From a candidate division TM6 bacterium UASB340 (GTDB lineage Bacteria; Babelota; Babeliae; Babelales; UASB340), in NCBI GenBank assembly GCA_001468925.1, contig LDIX01000006.1, positions 1 to 61,710 on the forward strand: a stretch of 61,710 nucleotides of DNA. Direction: 5' to 3'. Under the pieces are notes generated by a model. That model was not told the origin of the DNA. It searched no databases and worked only from the letters and a program-made list of their open reading frames with translations. Shown here in pieces: positions 45,386 through 55,803 of the stretch (positions are counted from its first letter, which is position 1; every line of letters starts with the position of its first letter). The position numbers were made by a program, and so were the translations under genes.

Positions 45386-47758
45386 ATGAAACTTTCTCTT
45401 TCTTGGATATTTGATCATATCAATGCCGATTGGCGCAAGCAAGATATTGATTATCTTATTTCTAAATTTAATGCCGTTTCCGGCGAAATGGAAGATTTTT
45501 ATAAAGTAAAATTTAATTTAAAAAACTTTGCAATAGGCAGAGTGATAGAAATTAACCACAAAAGCGTTAAATTGAATATTCCCGAATGGGATAAAGATGA
45601 AAGCTTTCCGGTAAGATCCGATGCAATTATTAACCACTATTTTATGGTAACAAGTGATGAATTGGGAATTCGTTATGCAAAGTTAAATGACTTTAATTTG
45701 GCAAAAGAAGGTCTTATACCGGATTTATACTTACAAGAAAAAGAATTGGACGGTTCTTGGAAAGAAAAATTTGAAACAGAAGATATAATACTTGAAGTTG
45801 ATAACAAATCCATAACAAACAGACCCGACATGTGGTGTCATAGAGGCTTTGCAAGAGAAATTGCAGCTTTTATGGATCTTGAATTTTTGCCGGAATCTAA
45901 ATTTTTGGATGAAAAACCTGTATTTGATTTTGATAAAAAGACAAAAATAACCAAAACCAATCCAATATCGATAGTTATTGATGATGAGTCAGCTTGTGCA
46001 AGATTTTCAGGAATTTATTTTGAAAGTATTAAAAATAGACCTACCGATATTTTGATTTTAAGTAGGTTTTTAAAAATCGATGTAAGACCTATAAATATGC
46101 TTGTTGACCTTACAAATTATTTAATGCTTGATTGGTCTCAGCCTGTGCATGTTTATGATGCAAAAACGATTGAAGGCGAAAAAATCATTGCAAGGTCCGC
46201 AAAAAAGCATGAAAAACTTAAACTGTTGGATGAAGTTGAAATTGAATTGGTTGAACAAGATTTGGTAATAGCAGATAATAAAAAAGTTTTGGGACTTGCT
46301 GGAATTATGGGGGGATATTATTCCGGAATATCAAAAGATACCACATCGGTGTTCTTTGAATCGGCAAATTTTGATCCTGCTGTAATTCGTAGAACGTCAT
46401 TAAGACATAAAGTAAGAACTGAAAGTTCAATGCGATTAGAAAAAACTTTGGATAAAAATTTAACAACGCAAGCAATTTTACGTTTTTTAAATTTACTAAG
46501 AAGTTATAAATTGGAGTTTATCGCTGCAGATGAAATAATTTCAGTTGGAACTCCGGCTAAAGAAGTAAAAATTGAATTATCACATGAATTTTTGGAAAAA
46601 AAATCAGGAATAGAGTTACAAGAATATGATGTTACATTGCCTCTGACAAGACTCGGGTTTAAAGTTGAAATAAATACTCAAGAAAAAAATGGGTTTCCTG
46701 AAAAAATATATTCAATTCTTGTTCCAAGCTTTAGAAGTTCAAAAGATATAAGCATAAAAGAAGATATTTTGGAAGAAATTATACGTTTCTATGGTTATGA
46801 TAAAATTAGTTTGGAATTACCTCAAATTTCAAAAATACCAAATGATTTATCACATATCTTTAGATTAAGAGATATAAAAAATTACTTAATTAATACTGCA
46901 AAAATGACAGAACAACAGAATTATATCTTTTTAAATGAGATATTTTTGCAATCCATAGGTCTAAAAATTGAAAATATTGTAGCCGAGGTGGTAAATCCGG
47001 TTTCTACAGATATGTATAGATTAACAAATTCTTTATTGATAAATTTATTTAAGAATATAAAAGATAATTTTGCATATCGCGATAGTCTTCGTTTTTTTGA
47101 ATTTGGCAGGGTTTGGAAGCAGGGCGTTAAGGATGATATTGTAGAAAAAAGATCTTTGGCAGGTATCTTTTTTGAGAAAAAGTCGGCTGTAAATTTTTAT
47201 TCTTGCAAATCGTATATTACAGATATTTTAAATTTAGTTGGAATAAATTTTAAAGAAACAGTTTGGGAACAGGTAATAAAACCTGATTATGTATGGGCAA
47301 TGCCATATCAAACAGCTAAAATATTTTTGGATGGTAAAAAAATAGGTATAGTAGGAAAAGTTGATCCTTCATTTTTATCAAAATTAGATGTTTTGCCGGA
47401 AAGTGATGCTTTCTTTTTTGACTTGGATGGTGATTTTTTAATTAATCATATGGCAAAAACAAAGAAATTTGTTCCGCTGTTAAAATATCAAGAAACATAT
47501 TTTGATTTAAGTTTATTTGTTCCACTAAATGTCAAAACAGTTGATATTGAATCAAAACTTAAAAAAGTAAGCGATTTAATAATAAATGTTGATTTGATAG
47601 ACTCTTTTGAACGTGAAGAATGGTCAGATAAAAGATCTTTAACATTTAGAATTTTATTGGCAGATCCGGAAAAAACAATAGAAAAAGTCCAAATAGACGA
47701 GGTTTGGCAGAATGCTGTGAAAACACTTGAAAAATTAGATATAAAACTGAGGGATTAA
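45386..47758 (+). CDS. pheT: phenylalanine--tRNA ligase beta subunit
   Basis: 790 aa with the MKLSLSWI... N-terminus typical of PheT. B3/4 region (ITNRPDMW.HRG.ARE). Size and C-terminal FDX-ACB-like region fit. Confidence 0.88.
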   Translation: MKLSLSWIFDHINADWRKQDIDYLISKFNAVSGEMEDFYKVKFNLKNFAIGRVIEINHKSVKLNIPEWDKDESFPVRSDAIINHYFMVTSDELGIRYAKLNDFNLAKEGLIPDLYLQEKELDGSWKEKFETEDIILEVDNKSITNRPDMWCHRGFAREIAAFMDLEFLPESKFLDEKPVFDFDKKTKITKTNPISIVIDDESACARFSGIYFESIKNRPTDILILSRFLKIDVRPINMLVDLTNYLMLDWSQPVHVYDAKTIEGEKIIARSAKKHEKLKLLDEVEIELVEQDLVIADNKKVLGLAGIMGGYYSGISKDTTSVFFESANFDPAVIRRTSLRHKVRTESSMRLEKTLDKNLTTQAILRFLNLLRSYKLEFIAADEIISVGTPAKEVKIELSHEFLEKKSGIELQEYDVTLPLTRLGFKVEINTQEKNGFPEKIYSILVPSFRSSKDISIKEDILEEIIRFYGYDKISLELPQISKIPNDLSHIFRLRDIKNYLINTAKMTEQQNYIFLNEIFLQSIGLKIENIVAEVVNPVSTDMYRLTNSLLINLFKNIKDNFAYRDSLRFFEFGRVWKQGVKDDIVEKRSLAGIFFEKKSAVNFYSCKSYITDILNLVGINFKETVWEQVIKPDYVWAMPYQTAKIFLDGKKIGIVGKVDPSFLSKLDVLPESDAFFFDLDGDFLINHMAKTKKFVPLLKYQETYFDLSLFVPLNVKTVDIESKLKKVSDLIINVDLIDSFEREEWSDKRSLTFRILLADPEKTIEKVQIDEVWQNAVKTLEKLDIKLRD

Positions 47759-47760
47759 TT

Positions 47761-48270
47761 TTGAGCAATATTAAGTTTTTTAGAACAAAAAAAGAAAAAA
47801 TTTATTGGACACTATCTTGGGTTTTGACTGCTTTTTTGATGACACTGGATCGCTTATCAAAAAACTTTGTTTTAGATAATTTTAAAAATGGATCAGTCAA
47901 AATTTTTGACGGTTTTGATATTACATTGTCTTTTAATAGAGGTGTGAGTTTTGGATTTTTAAATTTTAGCCAAGATCGTTTGTTTTATATTTTATCTATA
48001 TTTATTGCTATTTTTACTTTAATTTTTCTTATGTATACATCGATTATGTTTAAAAAGGGTGAATCAACTTGGTTTAACTTTTTTATTTTGGCCGGTGCTT
48101 TTTCTAATTTGCATGATAGATTTTTATATGGTGCAGTTATAGATTTTGTTGATTTATATATAAAATCTTGGCATTGGCCCATATTTAATTTAGCTGATGT
48201 TTTTATAGTTTTTGGTGTTTTTGGTTTGCTTGGAAGAATGTTTTATCATGATTATTTTGGAAAAAATTAG
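47761..48270 (+). CDS. lspA: lipoprotein signal peptidase (signal peptidase II)
   Basis: 169 aa with 4 TM segments. Motifs NRGVSFG and FNLADVFIVFG. TTG start. Confidence 0.85.
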   Translation: MSNIKFFRTKKEKIYWTLSWVLTAFLMTLDRLSKNFVLDNFKNGSVKIFDGFDITLSFNRGVSFGFLNFSQDRLFYILSIFIAIFTLIFLMYTSIMFKKGESTWFNFFILAGAFSNLHDRFLYGAVIDFVDLYIKSWHWPIFNLADVFIVFGVFGLLGRMFYHDYFGKN

Positions 48271-48739
48271 GGAATTTTGTTTTGATGTTTCCACATTGTT
48301 TGGGATAGGACAAGGTTTTTTGGGTTCTTTTGTGGCATCTTTAATATCTTTACCTCTGGTGTTTTTATCCAGATTTTTTTATGATGTTTTACCAATAGAT
48401 TATTTTTTATGGTTTTTTGGAACCCTTTTTATTTTATCTCTTTTAATAATTTTTCTTGCATTAGGTTTTGTAACCGATGAAGACAAGACTTCAATAGTTT
48501 TAAATAAAACCATAGGAATGATGTTTGTTTTTATAGGAATAAATTTAAAATTTAAATTAGTTGTTACCGGCTTTGTAATGTTTCATATATTTCGTTTTTT
48601 TGGGCCATTTATATTTTATAGAATTTTTAATCGTAGAGTGGAAACTTTGCCATCTTATGTAGCACCTCTTTTTGGAGATGTTATCTATGGAATTGCTTGT
48701 AATATAATTTTAAGTGTTATGCTTTGGGTTGCTTCTTGA
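48248..48739 (+). CDS. pgpA: phosphatidylglycerophosphatase A-like membrane protein
   Basis: The ATG at 48248 is preferred over the track start at 48212. The STLFGIGQGFLGSFVASL N-terminal pattern and 4 hydrophobic segments resemble PgpA. Confidence 0.55.
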   Translation: MIILEKIREFCFDVSTLFGIGQGFLGSFVASLISLPLVFLSRFFYDVLPIDYFLWFFGTLFILSLLIIFLALGFVTDEDKTSIVLNKTIGMMFVFIGINLKFKLVVTGFVMFHIFRFFGPFIFYRIFNRRVETLPSYVAPLFGDVIYGIACNIILSVMLWVAS

Positions 48740-49410
48740 TTATTAATATTTTTTCGAAATATTTTAATAAGATATTAAATTTTGTTTATCCAAAATTTTG
48801 TAAATCATGCGATGTTTTACTTGATAATAACTTTGTTTTTTGTCATAACTGTTGGGATAGTATAAAACCTATTGCTTCATTGGATATTAATATATCTCTT
48901 TCAAAAAAAATTACGGTTTATGCTGCAAGTTCTTATTCCGATCCATTAAAAAAACTTATGTTTGAAAAATTTTATTCTAAAAATGTTGTTTTTTGTAAAA
49001 ATTTAGCTTTTGTTATGTATAAAAAAACTATTATAAAAGATCTGCAACTTGATTATTTGGTTCCAATTCCATTGCACTGGTCTCGTTATGCAAAACGTGG
49101 TTATAATCAATCTGAAGTTATAGCAAAAGAACTTTCAAAATTATTAAATATTCCGGTTTTAGATATTTTAAAAAGAAATAAAAAGACTTATTATCAATCA
49201 ACACTTTCCGTTAAAGATAAATATCTAAATCTTAAAAATGCATTTGATATTAAAGATAAATATAAAAATAAATATTTATTAAAAGATAAAAAAATATTAA
49301 TTATTGATGATCTTTTTACAACAGGAGCAACAGCAAGTAATGCTGCAACTGTTTTATTTAAAGAATTTCCGGAATCAGTAGATTTGGTTGTTGCTTGTCG
49401 AATTGTTTAA
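48724..49410 (+). CDS. comF: ComF family protein (phosphoribosyltransferase-like)
   Basis: N-terminal Cys pairs (CKSCD...CHNCW). C-terminal PRTase loop ILIIDDLFTTGATA. Confidence 0.8.
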   Translation: MGCFLIINIFSKYFNKILNFVYPKFCKSCDVLLDNNFVFCHNCWDSIKPIASLDINISLSKKITVYAASSYSDPLKKLMFEKFYSKNVVFCKNLAFVMYKKTIIKDLQLDYLVPIPLHWSRYAKRGYNQSEVIAKELSKLLNIPVLDILKRNKKTYYQSTLSVKDKYLNLKNAFDIKDKYKNKYLLKDKKILIIDDLFTTGATASNAATVLFKEFPESVDLVVACRIV

Positions 49411-49776
49411 AATTTTACTTTTTACTTTTCCTGAAAGTTTAACGGTATTATTTTTTATATCAAAAAAAGCTTGATTTGATTTTAACGTGGCTATTTTTTT
49501 ATTTTTATTTATAAATTTTGTTTTTACATTTTTACAAGATGCTGTTTGCGATTCTCTGCAAATCTCACCGTAATCCGCAATTATAAAAAGTGTAGTGTTT
49601 TTTTTAGAAAAAAATTTTTGTAATTTAAATTTTTCTATTTTTATATCGGTTAAAGTTTGAGCTTGCTTAATTATATTTTTATTATTTTTAACTTTATTAT
49701 TTTTAACAATAAAGAATAATAATAAAATAGCTGTAAAAGCCAAAAATGTTATAAAAATTATTTTGTTTTTTTTCAT
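49375..49776 (-). CDS. membrane-anchored periplasmic protein, possibly a short LptC-like protein
   Basis: 133 aa with an N-terminal TM anchor (IIFITFLAFTAILLLFFIV) followed by a beta-rich body ending ...NNTVKLSGKVKS. The LptC assignment is weak. Confidence 0.4.
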   Translation of the reverse strand: MKKNKIIFITFLAFTAILLLFFIVKNNKVKNNKNIIKQAQTLTDIKIEKFKLQKFFSKKNTTLFIIADYGEICRESQTASCKNVKTKFINKNKKIATLKSNQAFFDIKNNTVKLSGKVKSKILNNSTSNNQIY

Positions 49777-49863
49777 AATATTTTAATTTAACATATCTTT
49801 ATGGTGTTGTAATTTTTTGATATTTATAAATTTTAATTAGTAGTTAGTTAGTAGGGGTTTAAA

Positions 49864-52422
49864 ATGAACGAGAATAATTTTACAAATTCGTTTGCCCATG
49901 TTTTAAATGATGCTATTTTAATTGCAACTCAGCATAATCATTCAACAATTCAAGTGTTACATTTTTTAAGTGCAGCATTGAATAATGATTTTTGCCTGTC
50001 GGCTTGTAACGATTTAAATATAGATACACAAGAATTACAAAATTTAATTAAAATTGAGTTTGAACGCATTCCAAAAATATCCGGCGGTCAACCTTCGGTT
50101 GACTATTCTTTACAAAAATTTTTATCTGAATGTCAAAATTTGGCAAAAGAATTTGGTGATGAATTTATAAGTTTGGATGTTGCATTATTGGTATTTTCAA
50201 AAACAGATCTTTTACCGGTTGCAATTATAAACTTTTTGAAAAATAATAATTTTAATTATAAAAATATAAAAAAATGGGTTGATGATTTAAGGCAGGGGGA
50301 ATCCGTGAAAAATCAAAATGTGGAAAATCAATATAAAGCTTTGGAAAAATATTGTTCAGATATGACAAAATTGGCTAAAGATGGAAAGTTGGATCCGGTA
50401 ATTGGCCGTAATGATGAAATTCGTAGAGTTGTTCAAATACTTTCCAGGCGTACAAAAAATAATCCGGTACTTGTTGGTGATCCCGGTGTTGGTAAAACTG
50501 CGATAGTTGAAGGAATTGCGCAGCGAATTGTAAATAACGACGTTCCGGAAAGTTTACGTAATAATAAAATATTATCTCTTGATATGGGAGCTTTAATTGC
50601 TGGAACCAAATTTAGGGGAGAATTTGAAGAAAGATTAAAGGCAATACTTACAGATATTGAAAAATCAAAAGATTCAATAATTTTATTTATTGATGAACTT
50701 CATATGCTTGTAGGTGCCGGAGCTGCCGGCGGTGGAATGGATGCTTCAAATTTATTAAAACCGGCATTAGCACGAGGAATGTTACATTGCGTTGGAGCAA
50801 CAACTACTCAGGAATATAAAAAATATATAGAAAAAGACGCCGCTCTTGAGCGAAGATTTCAGCCGGTTTTAGTTGAAGAACCATCAATTGAAGATACAAT
50901 TTCAATTTTGCGTGGAATAAAAGAAAAATATGAATTACATCATGGAATTCGCATTAAAGACTCTGCTCTTGTCAAGGCAGCGCAACTTTCAGCCTCAATG
51001 ATTTCAGATAGATTTTTGCCGGATAAAGCCATAGACCTTGTTGATGAAGCCGCTTCTTTAGTAAAAATGTCCATTGATTCAAGACCTGAAGATATCGATA
51101 AGCTAGAAAGAGAAATAAGAACTTTGGAGATAGAGAAAGTAGCACTTGATAAAGAAAAAGATGAAAAGTCTCAAGAAAGATTAAAAGAAACAAAAAAAGA
51201 ATTGGCTAATCTTAAAGAGAAAAATAAAGAGCTATTAAAAACATGGAAATCCGAAAAAGAACCGCTGGAACGTATTCAAAAAATAAAAGCTGATATAGAA
51301 AAAACTAAAGTAGAATATGCAAACGCAGAACGTGATGGTGATTTTGATAAAGCATCAAGATTGAAATATGGAAAACTTGTTGAATTGGAAAAAGAATTGG
51401 AACAAGAACAAAGTAAATTAAAAAATTTAAAATCGCATTTAATAAAAGAAGAAGTTGATGAAGATGATATAGCAACAGTACTTTCTCGTTGGGTTAAAAT
51501 TCCTGTTGAAAGATTAAAAAAAGATGAAAGCCAAAAATTAATAGACATGGAAGATGAACTTAAAAAACGAGTTGTTGCTCAAGATCAGGCTATTAAACTT
51601 GTTGCAAATAGAATTCGTGTACACAGAGCCGGTATTGCTGAACAAAATAAGCCAATTGGTTCATTTTTATTTTTAGGGCCGACCGGTGTTGGAAAAACTG
51701 AAGTTGCAAAAACTTTGGCATCATTTTTATTTAATGATGAAAATAAGTTAATTAGAATTGATATGTCAGAATATATGGAAAAGCATTCTGTAGCTCGTTT
51801 AATAGGTGCTCCTCCGGGTTATGTTGGATATGAAGAAGGTGGACAGTTGACGGAAAGTGTTAGAAAACATCCATATTCTGTTTTATTAATTGATGAAATA
51901 GAGAAAGCACATCCTGATGTATTTAATTTATTTTTACAAATATTGGACGATGGACGGCTTACCGATTCTCAGGGTAGAACAGTGTCTTTTAAAAATTGCA
52001 TAATAATTATGACTTCAAATATTGGTTCGGATATAATTTTAAAAGCCGGATATGTTGATGATAAAGTAAAAAAAGAAATAGACTCTTTGTTATTTAAATA
52101 TTTTAGACCTGAATTTATAAATAGAATTGATGATATTGTTTATTTCAATTCTTTAACAAAAGAAAATATAAAAGATATTGTTTTGGTGCAATTAAATAGA
52201 TTAAAAGAGCGATTAAAAGAAAAAAGTATAAATTTAAATATACATGAAAGTGTAATTAAAAAATTGGCAGAGCTTGGCTTTACTCAAGAATTTGGAGCCA
52301 GACCTTTAAAAAGAGCTATAGAAAGTTATATTGTAAACCCATTAGCTGTAAAGATTCTTGAAAACGAAAACAAAAAAGAATTTAATATTAATGTTCAAGG
52401 TGAGAGAATAGATATCAAATAA
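49864..52422 (+). CDS. clpB: ATP-dependent chaperone/disaggregase ClpB
   Basis: 852 aa. Two Walker A sites (GDPGVGKTA and GPTGVGKTE). Long coiled-coil middle domain between the NBDs. Clp N-domain. Confidence 0.93.
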   Translation: MNENNFTNSFAHVLNDAILIATQHNHSTIQVLHFLSAALNNDFCLSACNDLNIDTQELQNLIKIEFERIPKISGGQPSVDYSLQKFLSECQNLAKEFGDEFISLDVALLVFSKTDLLPVAIINFLKNNNFNYKNIKKWVDDLRQGESVKNQNVENQYKALEKYCSDMTKLAKDGKLDPVIGRNDEIRRVVQILSRRTKNNPVLVGDPGVGKTAIVEGIAQRIVNNDVPESLRNNKILSLDMGALIAGTKFRGEFEERLKAILTDIEKSKDSIILFIDELHMLVGAGAAGGGMDASNLLKPALARGMLHCVGATTTQEYKKYIEKDAALERRFQPVLVEEPSIEDTISILRGIKEKYELHHGIRIKDSALVKAAQLSASMISDRFLPDKAIDLVDEAASLVKMSIDSRPEDIDKLEREIRTLEIEKVALDKEKDEKSQERLKETKKELANLKEKNKELLKTWKSEKEPLERIQKIKADIEKTKVEYANAERDGDFDKASRLKYGKLVELEKELEQEQSKLKNLKSHLIKEEVDEDDIATVLSRWVKIPVERLKKDESQKLIDMEDELKKRVVAQDQAIKLVANRIRVHRAGIAEQNKPIGSFLFLGPTGVGKTEVAKTLASFLFNDENKLIRIDMSEYMEKHSVARLIGAPPGYVGYEEGGQLTESVRKHPYSVLLIDEIEKAHPDVFNLFLQILDDGRLTDSQGRTVSFKNCIIIMTSNIGSDIILKAGYVDDKVKKEIDSLLFKYFRPEFINRIDDIVYFNSLTKENIKDIVLVQLNRLKERLKEKSINLNIHESVIKKLAELGFTQEFGARPLKRAIESYIVNPLAVKILENENKKEFNINVQGERIDIK

Positions 52423-52434
52423 ATCTATTGAAAT

Positions 52435-52467
52435 AAAAAAGGGCCGTATGAAAACAGCCCTTTTTTT
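52435..52467. terminator. bidirectional rho-independent terminator between clpB and kdsC
   Basis: AAAAAAGGGC, a 12-nt loop, then GCCCTTTTTT. The A-run and T-run allow it to function in both directions. Confidence 0.7.
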
Positions 52468-53083
52468 ATTTCAAACTTTTATCTATAAATTCTTGTGCAA
52501 AATGTTTATTTTGAACATATAAAACTAAATCAAGTAAAAGTCTAAATGCTCCATTTCCGCCAACTCTTGGAATTATTAAATCAGCTTGATTTTGAAAATA
52601 AAAAAGTGTATTCGCTGGGCATGTCTTTATGCCGGTAGCATCAACTGTTTCAAAATCTAAAAGATCATCGCCAAAATATAATATTTCTTCTTTTGAAATA
52701 TTATATTTATTTTGAATTAATTTAATTTTTTCAATTTTGTTATTATCAATACCTGTAAAACACAAATCATCAGCAATGCCAAGCATTTTTGCTCTGATTT
52801 TTGTAGCTTCATCAGTTCTACCGGAAATAAAAGCAATTTTTATTAAATTATTTTTTATTGCTGTGCTAATTCCAAAACCATCTTGAACGCAAAAACTTTT
52901 GCCTTTAAATTTTGAATAATCCGTATCTTCAGGATATTGGCTTTCGGCTAACATAAGACTTGCATCTGTAAGACAACCGTCTATATCTGTAATAATAATT
53001 TTTATTTGCTTTAATTGATCAATGAGTTTTTTATTATTTAAATTTTCTAAAAACCATTTTTTATCTGATTGTGCATTATTCAT
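52466..53083 (-). CDS. kdsC: KDO 8-phosphate phosphatase (HAD family, KdsC-like)
   Basis: HAD motif I IIITDIDGCLTD, motif IV FGDDLLDF, and KdsC-type small-cap architecture by size. Confidence 0.7.
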   Translation of the reverse strand: MNNAQSDKKWFLENLNNKKLIDQLKQIKIIITDIDGCLTDASLMLAESQYPEDTDYSKFKGKSFCVQDGFGISTAIKNNLIKIAFISGRTDEATKIRAKMLGIADDLCFTGIDNNKIEKIKLIQNKYNISKEEILYFGDDLLDFETVDATGIKTCPANTLFYFQNQADLIIPRVGGNGAFRLLLDLVLYVQNKHFAQEFIDKSLK

Positions 53084-53148
53084 AAATATACTCCCAAGTT
53101 ATAAATTTATAATTTATATAGTATAGATGAAAATGGTTTTGGAAAATA

Positions 53149-53862
53149 TTATTTTTTGGATACTTTTTTAAGAATTTCGTCAGCTTGAGTATAATCATCT
53201 ATTGCAAAATCTGCATGATATAAAATATCTTTATTTTGATTGTTTTTGATAGCAACAAGAGTCATGCCGGCTTTTTTAGCAGCACTAAATCCTGAAATGG
53301 AATCTTCAAAAACCAAACATTCTTCAGGTTTTACATTTAATTTTTCTGCTGCATGTAAAAAAACGGCAGGATCCGGTTTTGCTTTTCTTCCAACATGTTC
53401 CATAGAGTATATATTTGATCCAAAAAATTTTTTAAAATCTAATTTTTGGGAAAGTAATTCTAATGTTGGAATACTTGCATTTGTTCCAACACTTGTTGGA
53501 ATACGACTTTTTTTCAAAATATTATGAAAATTTTCAAATCCGTTGATAAAATTAATAGGATATTTTTGCATATATTCTACAGACATTTTTACTTTTTCTT
53601 CTATTAATTCTTCCAATGGTTCTTGAAAATTAAAAGATTGTTTAAAAAAAGATGCAGCTTGCGGTAATCCGCCTCCGGCAGTATTTTTTAAAATAACTTT
53701 TTGATCTTCGGTTAATTCTGTAATACCTCTTTTTGCCAAGAAGTCATAAATAACTTTTTGCCAAACATGTTCCGTATCAATAATTGTACCGTCCATATCA
53801 AAAATAACGGCTTTAATTTTTGATTCCAATAAAGAGATTTTGTTCATTTTTTCTTTTTTCAT
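53149..53862 (-). CDS. HAD-superfamily hydrolase (beta-phosphoglucomutase/phosphatase-like)
   Basis: VIFDMDGTIIDTE motif I, ...TNA... motif II, KPDP, and FEDSISG motif IV. Confidence 0.8.
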   Translation of the reverse strand: MKKEKMNKISLLESKIKAVIFDMDGTIIDTEHVWQKVIYDFLAKRGITELTEDQKVILKNTAGGGLPQAASFFKQSFNFQEPLEELIEEKVKMSVEYMQKYPINFINGFENFHNILKKSRIPTSVGTNASIPTLELLSQKLDFKKFFGSNIYSMEHVGRKAKPDPAVFLHAAEKLNVKPEECLVFEDSISGFSAAKKAGMTLVAIKNNQNKDILYHADFAIDDYTQADEILKKVSKK

Positions 53863-54105
53863 AATATTTTTCCCCCAACAACTAAAATTTACTCCTTTTT
53901 TATGTTTTTTAATATAAAAAGCTAAAAAAACCTGTTTTTTTGCTGATATAAAGGGATAATTTTAGTGACTGTTTATAGTAAATGTTTATTAATCGAATGT
54001 CAAATAGTAAATATATGAATGGACCAAAAAGCTATTTTTGATAAAAATTTCAATATATGACATATTATTTCTGTTAAATAATGTGCTATTTATTGGAGAG
54101 CTATT

Positions 54106-54795
54106 ATGTTACAACATTTGGCCATAATTCCTGATGGAAATCGTCGTTGGGCTAAACAAAATAAATTAAAATCCATAATGGGCCATAAATTTGGCATGGA
54201 TGCATTTAAACGAACTATAAAATTTTGTATGAAACGTGGTATAAAATATCTTTCTTTTTATACGTTTTCTTTGGAAAATTTTAATAGGCCGGAAGATGAA
54301 AAGAATTATTTATTTCAGTTGTTATTGGAACAAACAAAAAATCAGCTTAAAGAATTTATTGATAATCAAATTAGAGTTAGATTTATCGGTGATAAATCCG
54401 TCTTTCCAAAAGATCTTGTTGATTCAATAGAATCACTTGAAGAACAAACAAAATCTTTTAATAAACTAAATCTTAATTTACTTTTTTGTTATGGTGGCAA
54501 GCGTGAAATTATTCATGCTGTAAAAGATATTGTAGAAAAAGTAAAATCAGGTCTTTTAGATATTGATAGCTTAAATGAAAAAAATTTTTCAGACTATCTT
54601 TGGACAAAGGATATTCCTGAACCGGAATTAATAATAAGAACAAGCAAAAGAGCAAGACTTAGTAATTTTTTACTTTATCAGAGTGCTTATTCGGAATTAA
54701 TGTTTTTAGATATTTTTTGGCCGGATATTACTGATGAGATTTTGCAAAAATGCTTAGATGATTTTCAGGATATAGAAAGAAATTTCGGAAAGTAA
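54106..54795 (+). CDS. uppS: undecaprenyl-diphosphate synthase (cis-prenyltransferase)
   Basis: HLAIIPDGNRRWA, YLSFYTFSLENFNRP and IRTS...RLSNFLLYQSAYSEL. Confidence 0.9.
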   Translation: MLQHLAIIPDGNRRWAKQNKLKSIMGHKFGMDAFKRTIKFCMKRGIKYLSFYTFSLENFNRPEDEKNYLFQLLLEQTKNQLKEFIDNQIRVRFIGDKSVFPKDLVDSIESLEEQTKSFNKLNLNLLFCYGGKREIIHAVKDIVEKVKSGLLDIDSLNEKNFSDYLWTKDIPEPELIIRTSKRARLSNFLLYQSAYSELMFLDIFWPDITDEILQKCLDDFQDIERNFGK

Positions 54796-54819
54796 ATTTT
54801 TAAAAATTGGAGAAGGGTA

Positions 54820-55791
54820 ATGAGAGAAAAAGTTTCCGTATTGGGTGCCGGGGCTTTTGGCACAGCTATAGCTAATCTTTTGGCAGATAACGGATTTAAT
54901 GTTTATCTATGGTCATATGAAAACGATTTAGTTTTTCAAATTAATGTTGAACATGAAAATAAACTTTATTTACCCGGATTTAAATTAAATGAAAATATAT
55001 TGGTAACAAATGATCTAAAACAAGTTATTCAAGATACAAATTTTATATTTCAAGCAATACCTGTAAAATTTTTAAGATCAGTTTTGGTCCAAGTAAAAGA
55101 TTATATTACAAAAGATCAGGTTTTTATTTCTTTAAGTAAGGGAATTGAAGAATCAACCTTATTGTTTCCCACACAAATAATAGAATCTGTTTTGGAAAAT
55201 AAAAATAAAGTTTTTGCTTTATCCGGTCCAAATTTTGCTCATGAAATTATTGAAAAACAATTTACCAGATCGGTTCTTGCCGGAAGTCATGATTTTTATT
55301 CTTTAAAAATAAGTAATATATTAAAAAATAATTATTTTAAAATCGATGAATCAACAGATTTAATAGGTGTCCAAGTTGGTGGTGCGCTAAAAAATGTAAT
55401 ATCTCTTTTAGCCGGAATATCTTCAGGTTATCAACTGGGTAAAAATACAATTGCATTTATTGTCACAAAAGCATTCGAAAATGCATCTAATTTAATAGTT
55501 TCTCTTGGCGGACAAAAAGAAACAATATATGGTCTTTCAGGTTTTGGTGATCTTTATCTAAGCTCTACAAGTCCATTTGGTAAAAATTTTATGTTTGGTT
55601 TTGAGATTGGTAAACTAATTAAAAGTGGTGATTTTGATAAAGATATATTTTTTAAGAGTAAAATTTTACCTGAAGGTGTAAATGCAATAACGCCATTACA
55701 TGAGCTTATTATTAAAAGTAATTTAGATTTGTATCACTTAGATTTGGCTTATAAAATTATTTTTGAAAGTTTTAAATTTATAATTGAATAA
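54820..55791 (+). CDS. gpsA: NAD(P)H-dependent glycerol-3-phosphate dehydrogenase
   Basis: VLGAGAFGTAIA dinucleotide fold, GALKNVI.. and GLSGFGDL motifs. Confidence 0.9.
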   Translation: MREKVSVLGAGAFGTAIANLLADNGFNVYLWSYENDLVFQINVEHENKLYLPGFKLNENILVTNDLKQVIQDTNFIFQAIPVKFLRSVLVQVKDYITKDQVFISLSKGIEESTLLFPTQIIESVLENKNKVFALSGPNFAHEIIEKQFTRSVLAGSHDFYSLKISNILKNNYFKIDESTDLIGVQVGGALKNVISLLAGISSGYQLGKNTIAFIVTKAFENASNLIVSLGGQKETIYGLSGFGDLYLSSTSPFGKNFMFGFEIGKLIKSGDFDKDIFFKSKILPEGVNAITPLHELIIKSNLDLYHLDLAYKIIFESFKFIIE

Positions 55792-55803
55792 CAAAGAAAT
55801 TTT

